64,000 bases of DNA from Rhodospirillales bacterium (GTDB taxonomy: Bacteria > Pseudomonadota > Alphaproteobacteria > Rhodospirillales > UBA2165): contig JAJDXO010000024.1 in the NCBI GenBank assembly GCA_022823235.1, positions 10,280 through 74,279 of the forward strand, given 5' to 3'. Of the stretch, positions 1 through 9,377 are shown one piece after another (position 1 is the stretch's first letter; each line of letters begins with the position of its first letter). The notes under the pieces were generated by a model. The model was not told the DNA's origin, made no database searches, and saw only the letters and a list, made by a program, of their open reading frames with translations. A program made the position numbers and the translations under genes.

Positions 1-780
1 ATGCACCAGGATCCCGTTTTCACCTGCACCGCCGTCACCATGCGCAAGGATGCCCTGCACCAGTCTCTGCTCCATGGCTCCGGGCGAATTCTGGAGCGCT
101 GCGACTCCAACAACATGAACACGCTGCGCACCGAAGCCGAGATCCTGGGCCTTCTCCGCCAGACCATAAGGGAGCCGGTGGCGGTCCGCATGATGACCAA
201 CTCGGGCGGCGCCCAGACGGTCAGGGTCGCCATGCGTCAGACCCGGCACGGCGAGGCCCGCAATGCCGTCACCGCCGTCTTCGGCAAAGTGATGCGCGTA
301 AAGCACGTGTTCGTCTATGACGAGGACATCGACATCTTCGACGACCGTCAGACGGAATGGGCGTTCGGCACCCGGTTCCAGGCCCATCGCGACATCATGA
401 TCTTCGAGGGCATGCAGGGCATGACCATGGACCCGTCCCTATTGGGCGAACGCACCGGCGCCAAGGCCGGTTTCGACTGCACCCGTCCCATGGAAACCAA
501 GGACCGGGTGACCGCACAGCGGCCACAGGCGAAAAAGTTCGAGGGCCAGGCGCGCTACCAAACCGTCGAGCAGGCCCTGGAGGCGGAGCCCCTCTACTTC
601 GCCGACGTCATGGAGGCGATAGGCAGCCTCGATGGCCGCGAAGTGGCCTGCGCATTGGACGAATTACGCGATGAGGGCAGGCTCGGCCGGGACCGGGACG
701 GCAAATATCACCTCGCCGACGGCGAGAAGGGCCTCACCGCCGCGGTCGGAGAAATGGATCACGATCCCAACGAGCTCTAA
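1..780 (+). CDS. UbiD-family (prFMN-dependent) decarboxylase, C-terminal part; probably begins upstream of the window
   Basis: UbiD C-terminal motifs KHVFVYDEDIDIFD, EWAFGTRFQAHRDI, MDPS and KAGFDCTRP, followed by an extra ~70 aa tail. Confidence 0.85.
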   Translation: MHQDPVFTCTAVTMRKDALHQSLLHGSGRILERCDSNNMNTLRTEAEILGLLRQTIREPVAVRMMTNSGGAQTVRVAMRQTRHGEARNAVTAVFGKVMRVKHVFVYDEDIDIFDDRQTEWAFGTRFQAHRDIMIFEGMQGMTMDPSLLGERTGAKAGFDCTRPMETKDRVTAQRPQAKKFEGQARYQTVEQALEAEPLYFADVMEAIGSLDGREVACALDELRDEGRLGRDRDGKYHLADGEKGLTAAVGEMDHDPNEL

Positions 781-926
781 AAAAAGATCATGCTCAAATT
801 GACGGGCAGAGGGATCAGCCCTAGGATTTTTTGGATAATCGGGCGTGGTTGCGGGCTCGAGCGGATATGCAACGACGCCAAACGCGCCGGCCGTTCCGAC
901 GGCCGAACACAGGGAGGAAGTACACC

Positions 927-1943
927 ATGAAGAAAGCCGCTTTGCTGGCCGCGGGTGCGGCCGTCATCGTCACCGGCATCAGTTTCGCGCCGCCGGTCGA
1001 CGCCGCCGACAACACCTTGCGGATTGGATCGCGCACGCCGGCGAAGTCGTCGCTGATCCGCAAAGGCCTGCAGCCCTGGGCCGAGGCCGTGTCCCGGGAT
1101 TCCGGCGGCACGCTGGAAATCAAGACGTTCTGGGGCGGTTCGCTGGTGCGGAGTCTCGCCAAGCAGTACGAGGCGGTGCTCGGCGGTATCCAGGACGGCG
1201 CACAAATCCTGCCCGCCTACACCGCGAAACTGTTCCCCGACTACACGGTGTTTTCGCTGCCCTACATGTTCCCGGATCCGGACAAGGGCTCGGAAATCGC
1301 CTGGCGCGCCCATGAGGCCGGGCTGCTGACCGGAACGGAGAAACTCCACGTGGCCACCGTCTTTACCAATGACAACGGCGGAATCCACTTGTCGGTGAAG
1401 CTGAACACCATCGGCGACCTCAAGGGCAACAAGATCCGCGCCGCGGGACCCGAGGAAGCAAAGGTGATCTCCATTCTCGGCGGCTCGCCCGTCAGCATGG
1501 GCATCCCGGCGGTGGCCGAGGGCCTGAACAGGGGCGTCATCACCGGCCTGCTGTCGGGCTGGTCGGCGCTTCGCACATTCCGCCTGGAACCGCTGTTGAA
1601 GACCCATGTGGATGTTCCGTCGGGCGTTCGCTCGTTCGTCCTCGGCGTCCGGAAGGACAAATTCGATGCCCTGCCCGCGGCGGCCCGCCGGTCATTCGAC
1701 AAGCATTCGGGACTGGCCCTCGCCAAGACCATGGGCGGTATCAACCAAGGCAACCAGGTCCGGGTCCGCAAGTCCGAGGCCGAGAAGGGCAAGACCATCC
1801 TCAAGCCCATGGGCGCCGAGGAGGCCGCGCTTCGCAAGAAGTTCCAGGTCCTGCACGATGAGTGGATCGCGCGGGTCAAGGACGGACCGCGCAAGTACAA
1901 GGAAATCCAGAAGATCATCAAACAGGTGAACTCGAGCTCCTAG
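927..1943 (+). CDS. dctP: TRAP transporter substrate-binding protein (DctP family)
   Basis: GGAGG RBS before ATG 927; signal peptide MKKAALLAAGA; motif LKGNKIRAAG; followed by dctQ and dctM. Confidence 0.9.
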   Translation: MKKAALLAAGAAVIVTGISFAPPVDAADNTLRIGSRTPAKSSLIRKGLQPWAEAVSRDSGGTLEIKTFWGGSLVRSLAKQYEAVLGGIQDGAQILPAYTAKLFPDYTVFSLPYMFPDPDKGSEIAWRAHEAGLLTGTEKLHVATVFTNDNGGIHLSVKLNTIGDLKGNKIRAAGPEEAKVISILGGSPVSMGIPAVAEGLNRGVITGLLSGWSALRTFRLEPLLKTHVDVPSGVRSFVLGVRKDKFDALPAAARRSFDKHSGLALAKTMGGINQGNQVRVRKSEAEKGKTILKPMGAEEAALRKKFQVLHDEWIARVKDGPRKYKEIQKIIKQVNSSS

Positions 1944-1964
1944 GCCCTAGGCAACCGGCGTTGT

Positions 1965-1998
1965 CCGGCGCGGCGGTCCATCGCGGCCGCTGCGCCGG
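1965..1998 (+). terminator. GC-rich stem-loop between dctP and dctQ (mRNA stabiliser or attenuator)
   Basis: ccggcgcggcgg (1965-1976) pairs with ccgctgcgccgg (1987-1998) with one G-U pair; no U-tract. Confidence 0.5.
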
Positions 1999-2019
1999 GG
2001 CGGCGCTCAAGGTGATTTC

Positions 2020-2553
2020 ATGGATAGTTTTCTGGGTCCTCGCGGCCGCATGGGCCGCAGCATGGACTGGGTCGCGTTGATCGGCGCAGTGGCGGTGATC
2101 GTCATCGCCGCGTCGATCACCGGCGACGTCGTCATGCGGTGGATATTCAACGCGCCCATACTCGCCGTCGACGATTTGAACCGCTACAACATCGCCATCG
2201 TCATCGCCAGCTTCTTTCCCCTCTGCCTGGTGGGCAAGCATCTGGTCACCATCCGGTTTCTGGGCCGCGCGCTCGGCGTGCGCAGCCATCTCTGGCTTGA
2301 GGTGTTCGGCGCGTCAATCACGCTGTTCGCCATGGTGCTCTACAGCTGGCAGTTCATCCTGTTCGCCCTGCGGGTGACCGAGAACGGCCTCGCCTCCGGC
2401 GTCTTGGAGGTGCCCCAGTGGCCGTGGTGGTGGGTGGTGGCCACGGTGGTCTTTATCGCCGCGGTGGTGCAGGTCGGCGTCCTGGTTCATGCCGTATATC
2501 AGGCGGTGACCGGCGAGGCGGTCGAGACCGAAGGCGAATCCCATGAGATTTAG
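2020..2553 (+). CDS. dctQ: TRAP small permease (DctQ); start uncertain (2020, 2050 or 2062)
   Basis: About 170 aa, four hydrophobic segments, VVMRWIFNAPI motif, located between dctP and dctM. Confidence 0.88.
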   Translation: MDSFLGPRGRMGRSMDWVALIGAVAVIVIAASITGDVVMRWIFNAPILAVDDLNRYNIAIVIASFFPLCLVGKHLVTIRFLGRALGVRSHLWLEVFGASITLFAMVLYSWQFILFALRVTENGLASGVLEVPQWPWWWVVATVVFIAAVVQVGVLVHAVYQAVTGEAVETEGESHEI

Positions 2554-2583
2554 CGTTCGGCATTTGGCGGCGGAGGCAGGCTG

Positions 2584-3897
2584 ATGGACCCCATTACGCT
2601 CGGCAGCCTCGGCATCGTATTCATGTTCGTCCTCATCGCGTTGCATGTGCCCATCGGCATCGCGATGGCGGTGGCCGGCTTCTTCGGTCTTTGGGCGATG
2701 ATCGGCATCGAGGGCGCGACCAACATCTTCGCCACCACGCCCACCGATCTGCTGGTGCATCAAAGCCTTGCCGCGATCCCCATGTTTCTCCTGATGGGCA
2801 GTTTCGCCTCCGCGGCGGGACTGTCGGGCGATCTCTATCGCCTGTTCCACGGCTTCGTCGGCCACTATCGGGGCGGCCTCGCCATGGCGACCGTCGCCGG
2901 GTGCGGCGGCTTCGGCGCGGTCTGCGGCTCCTCCATCGCCACCGCGTCCACCTTCATGCGGGTCGCGCTGCCTGAAATGCTCGACCGGAAGTACAAGCCG
3001 TCGCTCGCCATCGGCTGCATCGCCGCGGGCGGCACCCTCGGCATCCTCATCCCGCCGTCCAACCTGATGCTGCTCTACGGCGTCCTGACCGAGCAATTCG
3101 TCATCGCCCTGTTCACCGCCGCGATTATTCCCGGACTGATCTCGATCGCCATCTATTTCATCGCCATCGCCATCCTGGTCCGCGTCCGGCCCGACATGGC
3201 GCCGTCCGGCGCGCGTCTCGCCTGGGCTGGGCGGTTGCCGGTGATCACCGGCGCTTGGGGGGTGATCGTTTTGGCCTTCGTCGTTTCGGGCGGCATTTAC
3301 GGGGGCGTGTTCACGGTCCTCGAAGCGGCGGCGGTCGGCTGCATCTTCGCCATCCTGTTTACCTGGTATCGAGGCCAGCTCAACTGGCCGACGGTCCGCC
3401 GGGTCCTCGGCCAGACGGCGGCAACCACCGGGTTCATCTACATCATCATTTTCGGCGCCAACATCTTCTCGGCGTTCATCACCATTACCCAGCTGCCCGA
3501 AACCCTCGCCGGCGGCATCCGCGACGCCGGGCTTTCTCCGCCCATGGTGCTGTTCCTGCTGTTGGTGATGTACATCATCCTGGGCGCCATCTTCGATACG
3601 GTCGCCGCGATGATCATCACCTTGCCGGTCGTCTTCCCCCTGATGATCGATCTCGGCTTCAATCCGATTTGGTGGGGGGTCATCAACATCATGGTCATCG
3701 AGATCGGTCAGACGACGCCGCCGATCGGCATCATACCATTCGTGCTGCACGGGATGAGACCGGACATTCCGCTGCAGACGATCTTCTATGGCATCGGGCC
3801 GTTTTTCGTCGCGGACCTCATACGGCTCGCCATTGTCGCCTCGTTCCCGGCATTGGCGCTTTGGCTGCCCGAATTCCTGGGAATGTCGACATTGTGA
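2584..3897 (+). CDS. dctM: TRAP large permease (DctM)
   Basis: Motifs AIPMFLLMG, GGTLGILIPPS and TPPIG; 437 aa and highly hydrophobic. Confidence 0.92.
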   Translation: MDPITLGSLGIVFMFVLIALHVPIGIAMAVAGFFGLWAMIGIEGATNIFATTPTDLLVHQSLAAIPMFLLMGSFASAAGLSGDLYRLFHGFVGHYRGGLAMATVAGCGGFGAVCGSSIATASTFMRVALPEMLDRKYKPSLAIGCIAAGGTLGILIPPSNLMLLYGVLTEQFVIALFTAAIIPGLISIAIYFIAIAILVRVRPDMAPSGARLAWAGRLPVITGAWGVIVLAFVVSGGIYGGVFTVLEAAAVGCIFAILFTWYRGQLNWPTVRRVLGQTAATTGFIYIIIFGANIFSAFITITQLPETLAGGIRDAGLSPPMVLFLLLVMYIILGAIFDTVAAMIITLPVVFPLMIDLGFNPIWWGVINIMVIEIGQTTPPIGIIPFVLHGMRPDIPLQTIFYGIGPFFVADLIRLAIVASFPALALWLPEFLGMSTL

Positions 3898-3953
3898 CCG
3901 GAGGGAATCAGTAGCCGTTCGACGATATTATTTGTCATTGACGGGAGAGTGAT

Positions 3954-4277
3954 ATGGACGACTTGCCACGCGAAGTGCACCGGACGCTGAACACGGATCC
4001 CAGCGAGTACGAGCAGGCGCTCTCGAAGACCTTGTTCGGCATTCTATCCAAAAGCATTCACGATTTGCCCGGCATCGTCTCGGCCCTCAATGAGAGCGAG
4101 GTCCGGCCGCCCGAGGCCGATGCCTGGACCGAGGAAATCTTCGCCGCCGAGATGGAGCGTCTCGGCGCCTACCCCAATAGCGTCGGCGCGCCCCTCGGCG
4201 AACACCCGGCCGGCGTCGTCCCGCCGGGCACGTCAATTACCGACCGGCCCGGTCCGGGGAGTCACGGAGGAAACTGA
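3954..4277 (+). CDS. Small protein resembling the recombinase-like HTH proteins found upstream of Rieske oxygenases
   Basis: GGGAG RBS; 107 aa with YEQALSKTL, IHDLPGIVSALN and AWTEEIFAAEMERLG; stop lies 1 nt before the Rieske start. Family call is from recall. Confidence 0.6.
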   Translation: MDDLPREVHRTLNTDPSEYEQALSKTLFGILSKSIHDLPGIVSALNESEVRPPEADAWTEEIFAAEMERLGAYPNSVGAPLGEHPAGVVPPGTSITDRPGPGSHGGN

Positions 4278-4278
4278 C

Positions 4279-5337
4279 ATGAGCAAGCTGGAGCACAATG
4301 ACGAACGCATCGAGCGCCTGCTGTCGCTCGGCATTCGCAACCGCTGGTACTGTATCTGCCCGTCGGCGATGGTTCAGGACACGCCGGTGGCGATGACCCG
4401 CCTCGGCGAGAAGCTCGTCGCCTGGCGCGACGGAACCGGCAAGGTCAACCTGGTGGCGGACCGCTGTCCCCATCGCGCCGCCCCCCTGTCCTTCGGACGC
4501 ATCATCGAGGGCCGGCTCACCTGCCGGTATCACGGTGTCCAGGTCGGCGGGGACGGCGTCGTCCAGGCCGTGCCCGCTTTTCCCGACTGCAATCTGGTCG
4601 GACAGGAACTGGTAAGATCCTATCCGGTGATCGAGCATTTCCAGGGCATCTGGGCCTATTTCGGCGACGAGGCCCATCCCGAGCCGCCGCCGCTCGAATT
4701 CCCGGAGGAACTGACCTCCCCCGAATGGACCGGGTTCATCGTCTCAAACACGTGGCACTGCAATTTCCAGTACGCCCTCGACAACGTGGTCGACATTATG
4801 CACCCGCCGTACCTCCACGACGATACCTACACCCTCGCCTATGGCGACAAGTCCGACGTGGTGGAGGTCGATGAGACGGATAACGGTTTCGCGGTCCGCC
4901 GGAAGGAGGACCGGGAAAGCAACGTCGAGGTCATGCAGATCATGGATACCGGCTGCTTCTTCGATCGGGTCGGGGTGTTCATTCCGCCGGGCGGCGGTCC
5001 GGGCGGCGTGCTGCGGATCATCGCGACCGCGGTGCCCATCGACGAGAACCGCTGCCAGTTCAATGCGTGGCGGATGCGGAAGGTCGCGGGCTGGCAGGGC
5101 GCCATGTTCCGGTTCATGTTCAACATGATGTACGAGAAGATGACCTGGGAGGTGATCGAGCAGGACCGCGATATGCTTGAACGGATGCCGCCCTGGCCGG
5201 CGGAAGAGAATCTCTACCAGCACGATCTCGGGGTGGCCAAGTTCCGCAACTACATGCGCCACGAGGCCGAGGCGCAGGTTGCCGCCCTGGACGAACTTCA
5301 CGCCGGCCGGCAACCCGTCAGTCTGGCCGGAGAGTAG
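4279..5337 (+). CDS. Rieske non-heme iron oxygenase, alpha subunit (alpha3 / VanA-KshA type)
   Basis: Rieske motif CPH...CRYH; mononuclear Fe motif DIMHPPYLH and QD; GGAGG RBS before ATG 4279. Confidence 0.92.
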   Translation: MSKLEHNDERIERLLSLGIRNRWYCICPSAMVQDTPVAMTRLGEKLVAWRDGTGKVNLVADRCPHRAAPLSFGRIIEGRLTCRYHGVQVGGDGVVQAVPAFPDCNLVGQELVRSYPVIEHFQGIWAYFGDEAHPEPPPLEFPEELTSPEWTGFIVSNTWHCNFQYALDNVVDIMHPPYLHDDTYTLAYGDKSDVVEVDETDNGFAVRRKEDRESNVEVMQIMDTGCFFDRVGVFIPPGGGPGGVLRIIATAVPIDENRCQFNAWRMRKVAGWQGAMFRFMFNMMYEKMTWEVIEQDRDMLERMPPWPAEENLYQHDLGVAKFRNYMRHEAEAQVAALDELHAGRQPVSLAGE

Positions 5338-5543
5338 GCCGGCCCGGTCCCGGGGCGGCCTTGACCGACCGTGCCGAGAGCGTCGTTGCCAGCGGTCACA
5401 CGACCAATCGGATCGGGACCTTGCTTCCCTGGAACGTCGGGCTACGCTGACCCGTTGGAGGTTTATTCCGGTTGGGCGGCCTGCGTTTTGATCGTGCGGC
5501 GGCGTGGGTGACCGAAGGATCGCCAACCCGAAAGGACGGCATC

Positions 5544-7229
5544 ATGCGAGCGGTAATAGTCGGTGCGGGAATGGGCGGGCTGATGACGGCGTTGGCGCTG
5601 CGGCAGTCCGCCGCCTTCTCATCGATCGATGTCTACGAACAGACCAAAGAGCCGGCCACCGCCGGCGCCGGGTTGAACGTCCCGCCCAACGGGGCCCGGT
5701 TATGCCGCTGGCTGGGCGTCGACCTCGATGGCGGGGACCACAAGGGCCCCCACGGGGCGATCGACGGCGGCCGGGCGGCCATTCTGGAGTCGTCGCGGCA
5801 ATTCAACGAAGACGGAAGCATGTCGGAGAGGCCGTTCGATCATGTTACGGCCACGGGCGACGGCGCCGGTTTTCATCACATGCACAGGCTGGACCTGTTG
5901 ATGTGCCTCTACAAACGGGTGTTCGAGTTCGGTCCCGACAGCGGGAGACCCTGCCCGATTGCCGTCCACATGGACAGCAGATTGACGGAGTTGCAGCAGA
6001 CCGCGGACGGCGTGACGGCGATCTTTTCGAATGGCCTGGCCGCGACGGGCGATGTTCTCGTGGGTGCCGACGGGATCAATTCCGCCACATTGGAGTTGGC
6101 GTGGCCGAGCCCGCGCCCCCGACGCTGGACCGAGGTGATCTGCTTTCGCGGGCTCATTCCACGGGCCGACGTCGCCGCGCTTCGCAAGGCCGACGGCAGT
6201 CCCCTGGACTACAATCCCATCGACTCCTTCAGCATGGACCGCCATAAGACCGACACGAGTGCGGTGACCACCTACTGGGTGCGCAGGGGCGAGTTGCTGA
6301 ACGTCTGGATCGCCCACTACGAGCCCGAATCAACGGAGTTTGAGCAGGAGGAAGGCGACTGGTTTCCGGTCGGAAACGAGGAGATCGTTCGTCAGGTCGG
6401 CGAGGCGTTCGCTCAAGCCCCAAACCGGGACGACCTCGTCGCGCTGGCCGGGGCGATCGTTCGCCCGACCAAATGGGGCCTCTATGACCGGGACGCGCTC
6501 GATACCTGGGTGCAGGGCCGTGTCTGTCTGCTGGGCGACGCGGCGCATCCGATGCTTCCCACATTTGGTCAGGGTGCGGCGCAATCCTTCGAGGACGCCG
6601 CTGCGCTCTCCAGCGCTTTCGCCCTGCACGGCCGCGACGTGGCGACGGCGCTGTTGCACTACGAACGTGTCCGCCATTACCGCGCCACCCGCTTTCAACT
6701 GAGCTCCAAATTCGCCTTCGATCATTTGCGGGCCCGAGACACGGCGGCGCAGAAGGCGCTGCTCGAAGGGCTCGACGAGCGTGTAAGTCCTGCCTTTGCC
6801 CACGACAAACGCGGCGGTGAAAATGACGACTGGATCTATGCGTACGACGCCCGTGATATCGGTACCGAACTGCCTCCCAGGAAACTGGGGCCGTGGGACT
6901 TTCGCCGGGCCGCCAAGGCCGACCACGCCGCGATCACGCAGGAGCTTTGGACGCCGGCCAGCCCGGCCGATGGAACGCGCCGCGTGACGCGCGAAGAGGT
7001 CGCTCGGCACGACAACAAAGATGACTGTTGGGTCATCATCTCAGGGAAAGTTTACGACATTACCGAGTGGGCCCCCCATCACCCCGGCGGCGCGGGAATC
7101 GCCCGAATGTACGCCGGCAAGGATGCCACGGCGGAATTCGGCGATTACCACAGCGCCGAAGCCGTCGCGCATATGGCCAATTTCTGCATCGGCGACCTCC
7201 AGCCGACTGGCCGTGACCGGACGCGCTGA
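5544..7229 (+). CDS. Group A flavin monooxygenase (NahG/NicC-like) fused to a C-terminal cytochrome b5 domain
   Basis: GAGMGG, VLVGADG and GDAAHPMLPTFGQG motifs; C-terminus has DCWVIISGKVYDIT, HPGG and GKDATAEFGDYHS. Confidence 0.9.
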   Translation: MRAVIVGAGMGGLMTALALRQSAAFSSIDVYEQTKEPATAGAGLNVPPNGARLCRWLGVDLDGGDHKGPHGAIDGGRAAILESSRQFNEDGSMSERPFDHVTATGDGAGFHHMHRLDLLMCLYKRVFEFGPDSGRPCPIAVHMDSRLTELQQTADGVTAIFSNGLAATGDVLVGADGINSATLELAWPSPRPRRWTEVICFRGLIPRADVAALRKADGSPLDYNPIDSFSMDRHKTDTSAVTTYWVRRGELLNVWIAHYEPESTEFEQEEGDWFPVGNEEIVRQVGEAFAQAPNRDDLVALAGAIVRPTKWGLYDRDALDTWVQGRVCLLGDAAHPMLPTFGQGAAQSFEDAAALSSAFALHGRDVATALLHYERVRHYRATRFQLSSKFAFDHLRARDTAAQKALLEGLDERVSPAFAHDKRGGENDDWIYAYDARDIGTELPPRKLGPWDFRRAAKADHAAITQELWTPASPADGTRRVTREEVARHDNKDDCWVIISGKVYDITEWAPHHPGGAGIARMYAGKDATAEFGDYHSAEAVAHMANFCIGDLQPTGRDRTR

Positions 7230-7325
7230 CCGACGGCACATCGAGGTCCGGTATCGGGGCGGCAAAGAAAATGATCGCGCGATCGGCAAGACTGAAATCA
7301 TCACCGGCCAACCGAGGAGCGCCAT

Positions 7326-7342
7326 CAAATTGATTCAATTTG
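7326..7342. repeat. Perfect palindrome containing a GANTC site, inside a short TAGAGC-ended intergenic element
   Basis: caaattga-t-tcaatttg; the minus strand reads TAGAGCAGTTTCC from 7358, resembling alphaproteobacterial intergenic repeats. Confidence 0.35.
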
Positions 7343-7403
7343 GCCGGAAACTGCTCTAGGCTCCATTCGAGAAGTATTTGAGCGGCGGAACACGGCGCAT
7401 CAA

Positions 7404-7622
7404 ATGGCGGCGATGCAGAGTTCGGAAAATCCACGCGGCGACCGAGAGCATGACCGCGTCCAGACGGGGGGCTCCCTGCACGACAATTTCGTTCGCCAGG
7501 TGCAGGAGCTTCTCGACAAGAGCGATATATCCGAGGAAGACCGCCGGATCATCCTTGCGAACATGTCCTGCCCCTGCTGCGGCGGCAGCGCCGCATCGGT
7601 GAACATCAAACTCGGCGACTAA
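7404..7622 (+). CDS. Small hypothetical protein with a CPCCG motif
   Basis: 72 aa, protein-like composition, fills the gap before the convergent hydantoinase B stop. Confidence 0.55.
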   Translation: MAAMQSSENPRGDREHDRVQTGGSLHDNFVRQVQELLDKSDISEEDRRIILANMSCPCCGGSAASVNIKLGD

Positions 7623-7625
7623 GGG

Positions 7626-9377
7626 TTAGCCGCGCCGTTTGCCGCGTAACGCTTGGGTCGCCTCGGCGTCCAATGCCAGTGTTTCCGGATCGACGACGAC
7701 GCCGTAATTCCGTTCCGCGGAGTCGATGGAGACATAACCCTGCCGGACATCCTCGGCGACGATATCGGCCGGGCGGTCCAGCGGGTCGCCGAAACCGCCG
7801 CCGCCGCCGGACCTGAGCCGGAACGCCTCACCCTCCTTCAGCTGGGCGGTCAATACCTTGGCGTTGGGGAAATCCTCTTTCCATTTTCCATCCAGCTCGA
7901 GCGCAACCGTGTTGCCGGTGGCATCGCCGCCCCCGTCCAATCCCCAGGGGCGGCAGTTCATCCGTTCGATCTGCGTGTTGACGACGATATCGCTCCGGGC
8001 GCGAACGACGCGCTCGATGCCAAGCCCGCCCCGCTGCCGGCCGGCCCCGCCCGAGTCCCGGATCAGGCAGTTGTTTTCGATCAGCACCGGCGACTTGGTC
8101 TCGGCCTGCTCGATGGGGGCGTTGTGGGTGTCGCCGTCGTTGATGCACACCACCGCATTGGCGCCGTCCTCGGTGAGCTTGGCGCCCCAGCCGCCGCCCT
8201 GGGGGCCGAAGTTGCCGATGAAGAACTCCCGGGTGCGCGGATTTATGCCGTGGAACATCACCACCACCAGGTCGGCGTGATGCCCGGCGATCACCCTGTC
8301 CGGAATGGCGGGCTCCAACGCCTTGAAGACCGTGTCGACGACGGTCATCGGAAACGTCATCCACCAGCGCATGGGCGCCGGCCGGACGGCGCTCACCACC
8401 TTGCCCATGGGGACGATGGTCTTGAGGTTCCGGAAGGCGCCGTCGTTGATCGGATAGTCGGTCGGCGAGGCGATGCATTTGAAGGCAACCTGGGTGCAGG
8501 CGTGGCCGGTGGTCACCCCGGAATTGTAGAACCCGCGCACCTGTTCGGAGACGTCGGAGAGGTCGATGGTCATCTCGTCTCCCTCGACGACGATTTTCAC
8601 CCGGATGGGAATCCGGCGGCCGACATCGATCCCGTCGTCATCCATGAAGGATTCGGCCTCGTAGACGCCGTCCGGTATGGAGAGGGTGCGGCGCCGGGAC
8701 GCCTCCTCGGCGTGATCCATGATGGCGGCGATGCTGTCGCGGACGGCGTCAAACCCATAGCGCCGCACGAGTTCCAGGAAGCGGCGCTCGCCGGTCTTGA
8801 CGGCGGTTACCTGGGCCCGGAGGTCGCCCATGGCCCGGGAGGGAATGCGCACGTTCATGCGAATGATGTCTTCCAGGTCCGTGTTGACCGTGCCCTCGTT
8901 CTGATATTTGAGGATCGGCACCTGCAGGCCTTCGGAATAGATGTCCGTGGTCATCCCGCCGAGCGTGCCGCCGATGTCGATCCAGTGGGCCATGCAGCAG
9001 GCGAACCCCACCAGCCGGCCGTCGTCGAAGACCGGCAAGGTAAAGGTCATGTGGTTGAGATGACTGCCGGTGAGGTAGGCATCGTTGGTGACGTAGATGT
9101 CGCCCGGCTTGATGCCGTCCTCTCCGAAATGCCTGATCTTGGCTTTGACCGTCTCCGCCATCCCCCGGATGAACATGGGCAGGCCGATGCCGATGGAGAC
9201 GGTCTCCCCCTCGGGCGTGAAGATGCCGACGGTGAAATCCAGCGCCTCGTAGATGATGGTGTTGTAGGCGGTCCGCATGAGGTTGTTCTTCATTTCCTCG
9301 GTCACCGCCAGGACGCCGTTGCGGACGATCTCGGTGGTCACCGGATCGGTCCCCGGATATTTTTGCCAGTCGGTCAT
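7626..9377 (-). CDS. Hydantoinase B / 5-oxoprolinase family subunit (copy 1)
   Basis: DPVTTEIVRN, AYNTIIYEALDF, HLNH, HWIDIGG and DSGGAGRQRGG; 4-nt overlap with the A subunit. Confidence 0.92.
   Translation of the reverse strand: MTDWQKYPGTDPVTTEIVRNGVLAVTEEMKNNLMRTAYNTIIYEALDFTVGIFTPEGETVSIGIGLPMFIRGMAETVKAKIRHFGEDGIKPGDIYVTNDAYLTGSHLNHMTFTLPVFDDGRLVGFACCMAHWIDIGGTLGGMTTDIYSEGLQVPILKYQNEGTVNTDLEDIIRMNVRIPSRAMGDLRAQVTAVKTGERRFLELVRRYGFDAVRDSIAAIMDHAEEASRRRTLSIPDGVYEAESFMDDDGIDVGRRIPIRVKIVVEGDEMTIDLSDVSEQVRGFYNSGVTTGHACTQVAFKCIASPTDYPINDGAFRNLKTIVPMGKVVSAVRPAPMRWWMTFPMTVVDTVFKALEPAIPDRVIAGHHADLVVVMFHGINPRTREFFIGNFGPQGGGWGAKLTEDGANAVVCINDGDTHNAPIEQAETKSPVLIENNCLIRDSGGAGRQRGGLGIERVVRARSDIVVNTQIERMNCRPWGLDGGGDATGNTVALELDGKWKEDFPNAKVLTAQLKEGEAFRLRSGGGGGFGDPLDRPADIVAEDVRQGYVSIDSAERNYGVVVDPETLALDAEATQALRGKRRG

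Noticed and set aside
781-800. AAAAGATCATGCTCAAA resembling the end of an alphaproteobacterial intergenic repeat
   Set aside because: Only a short half-match with no partner arm.
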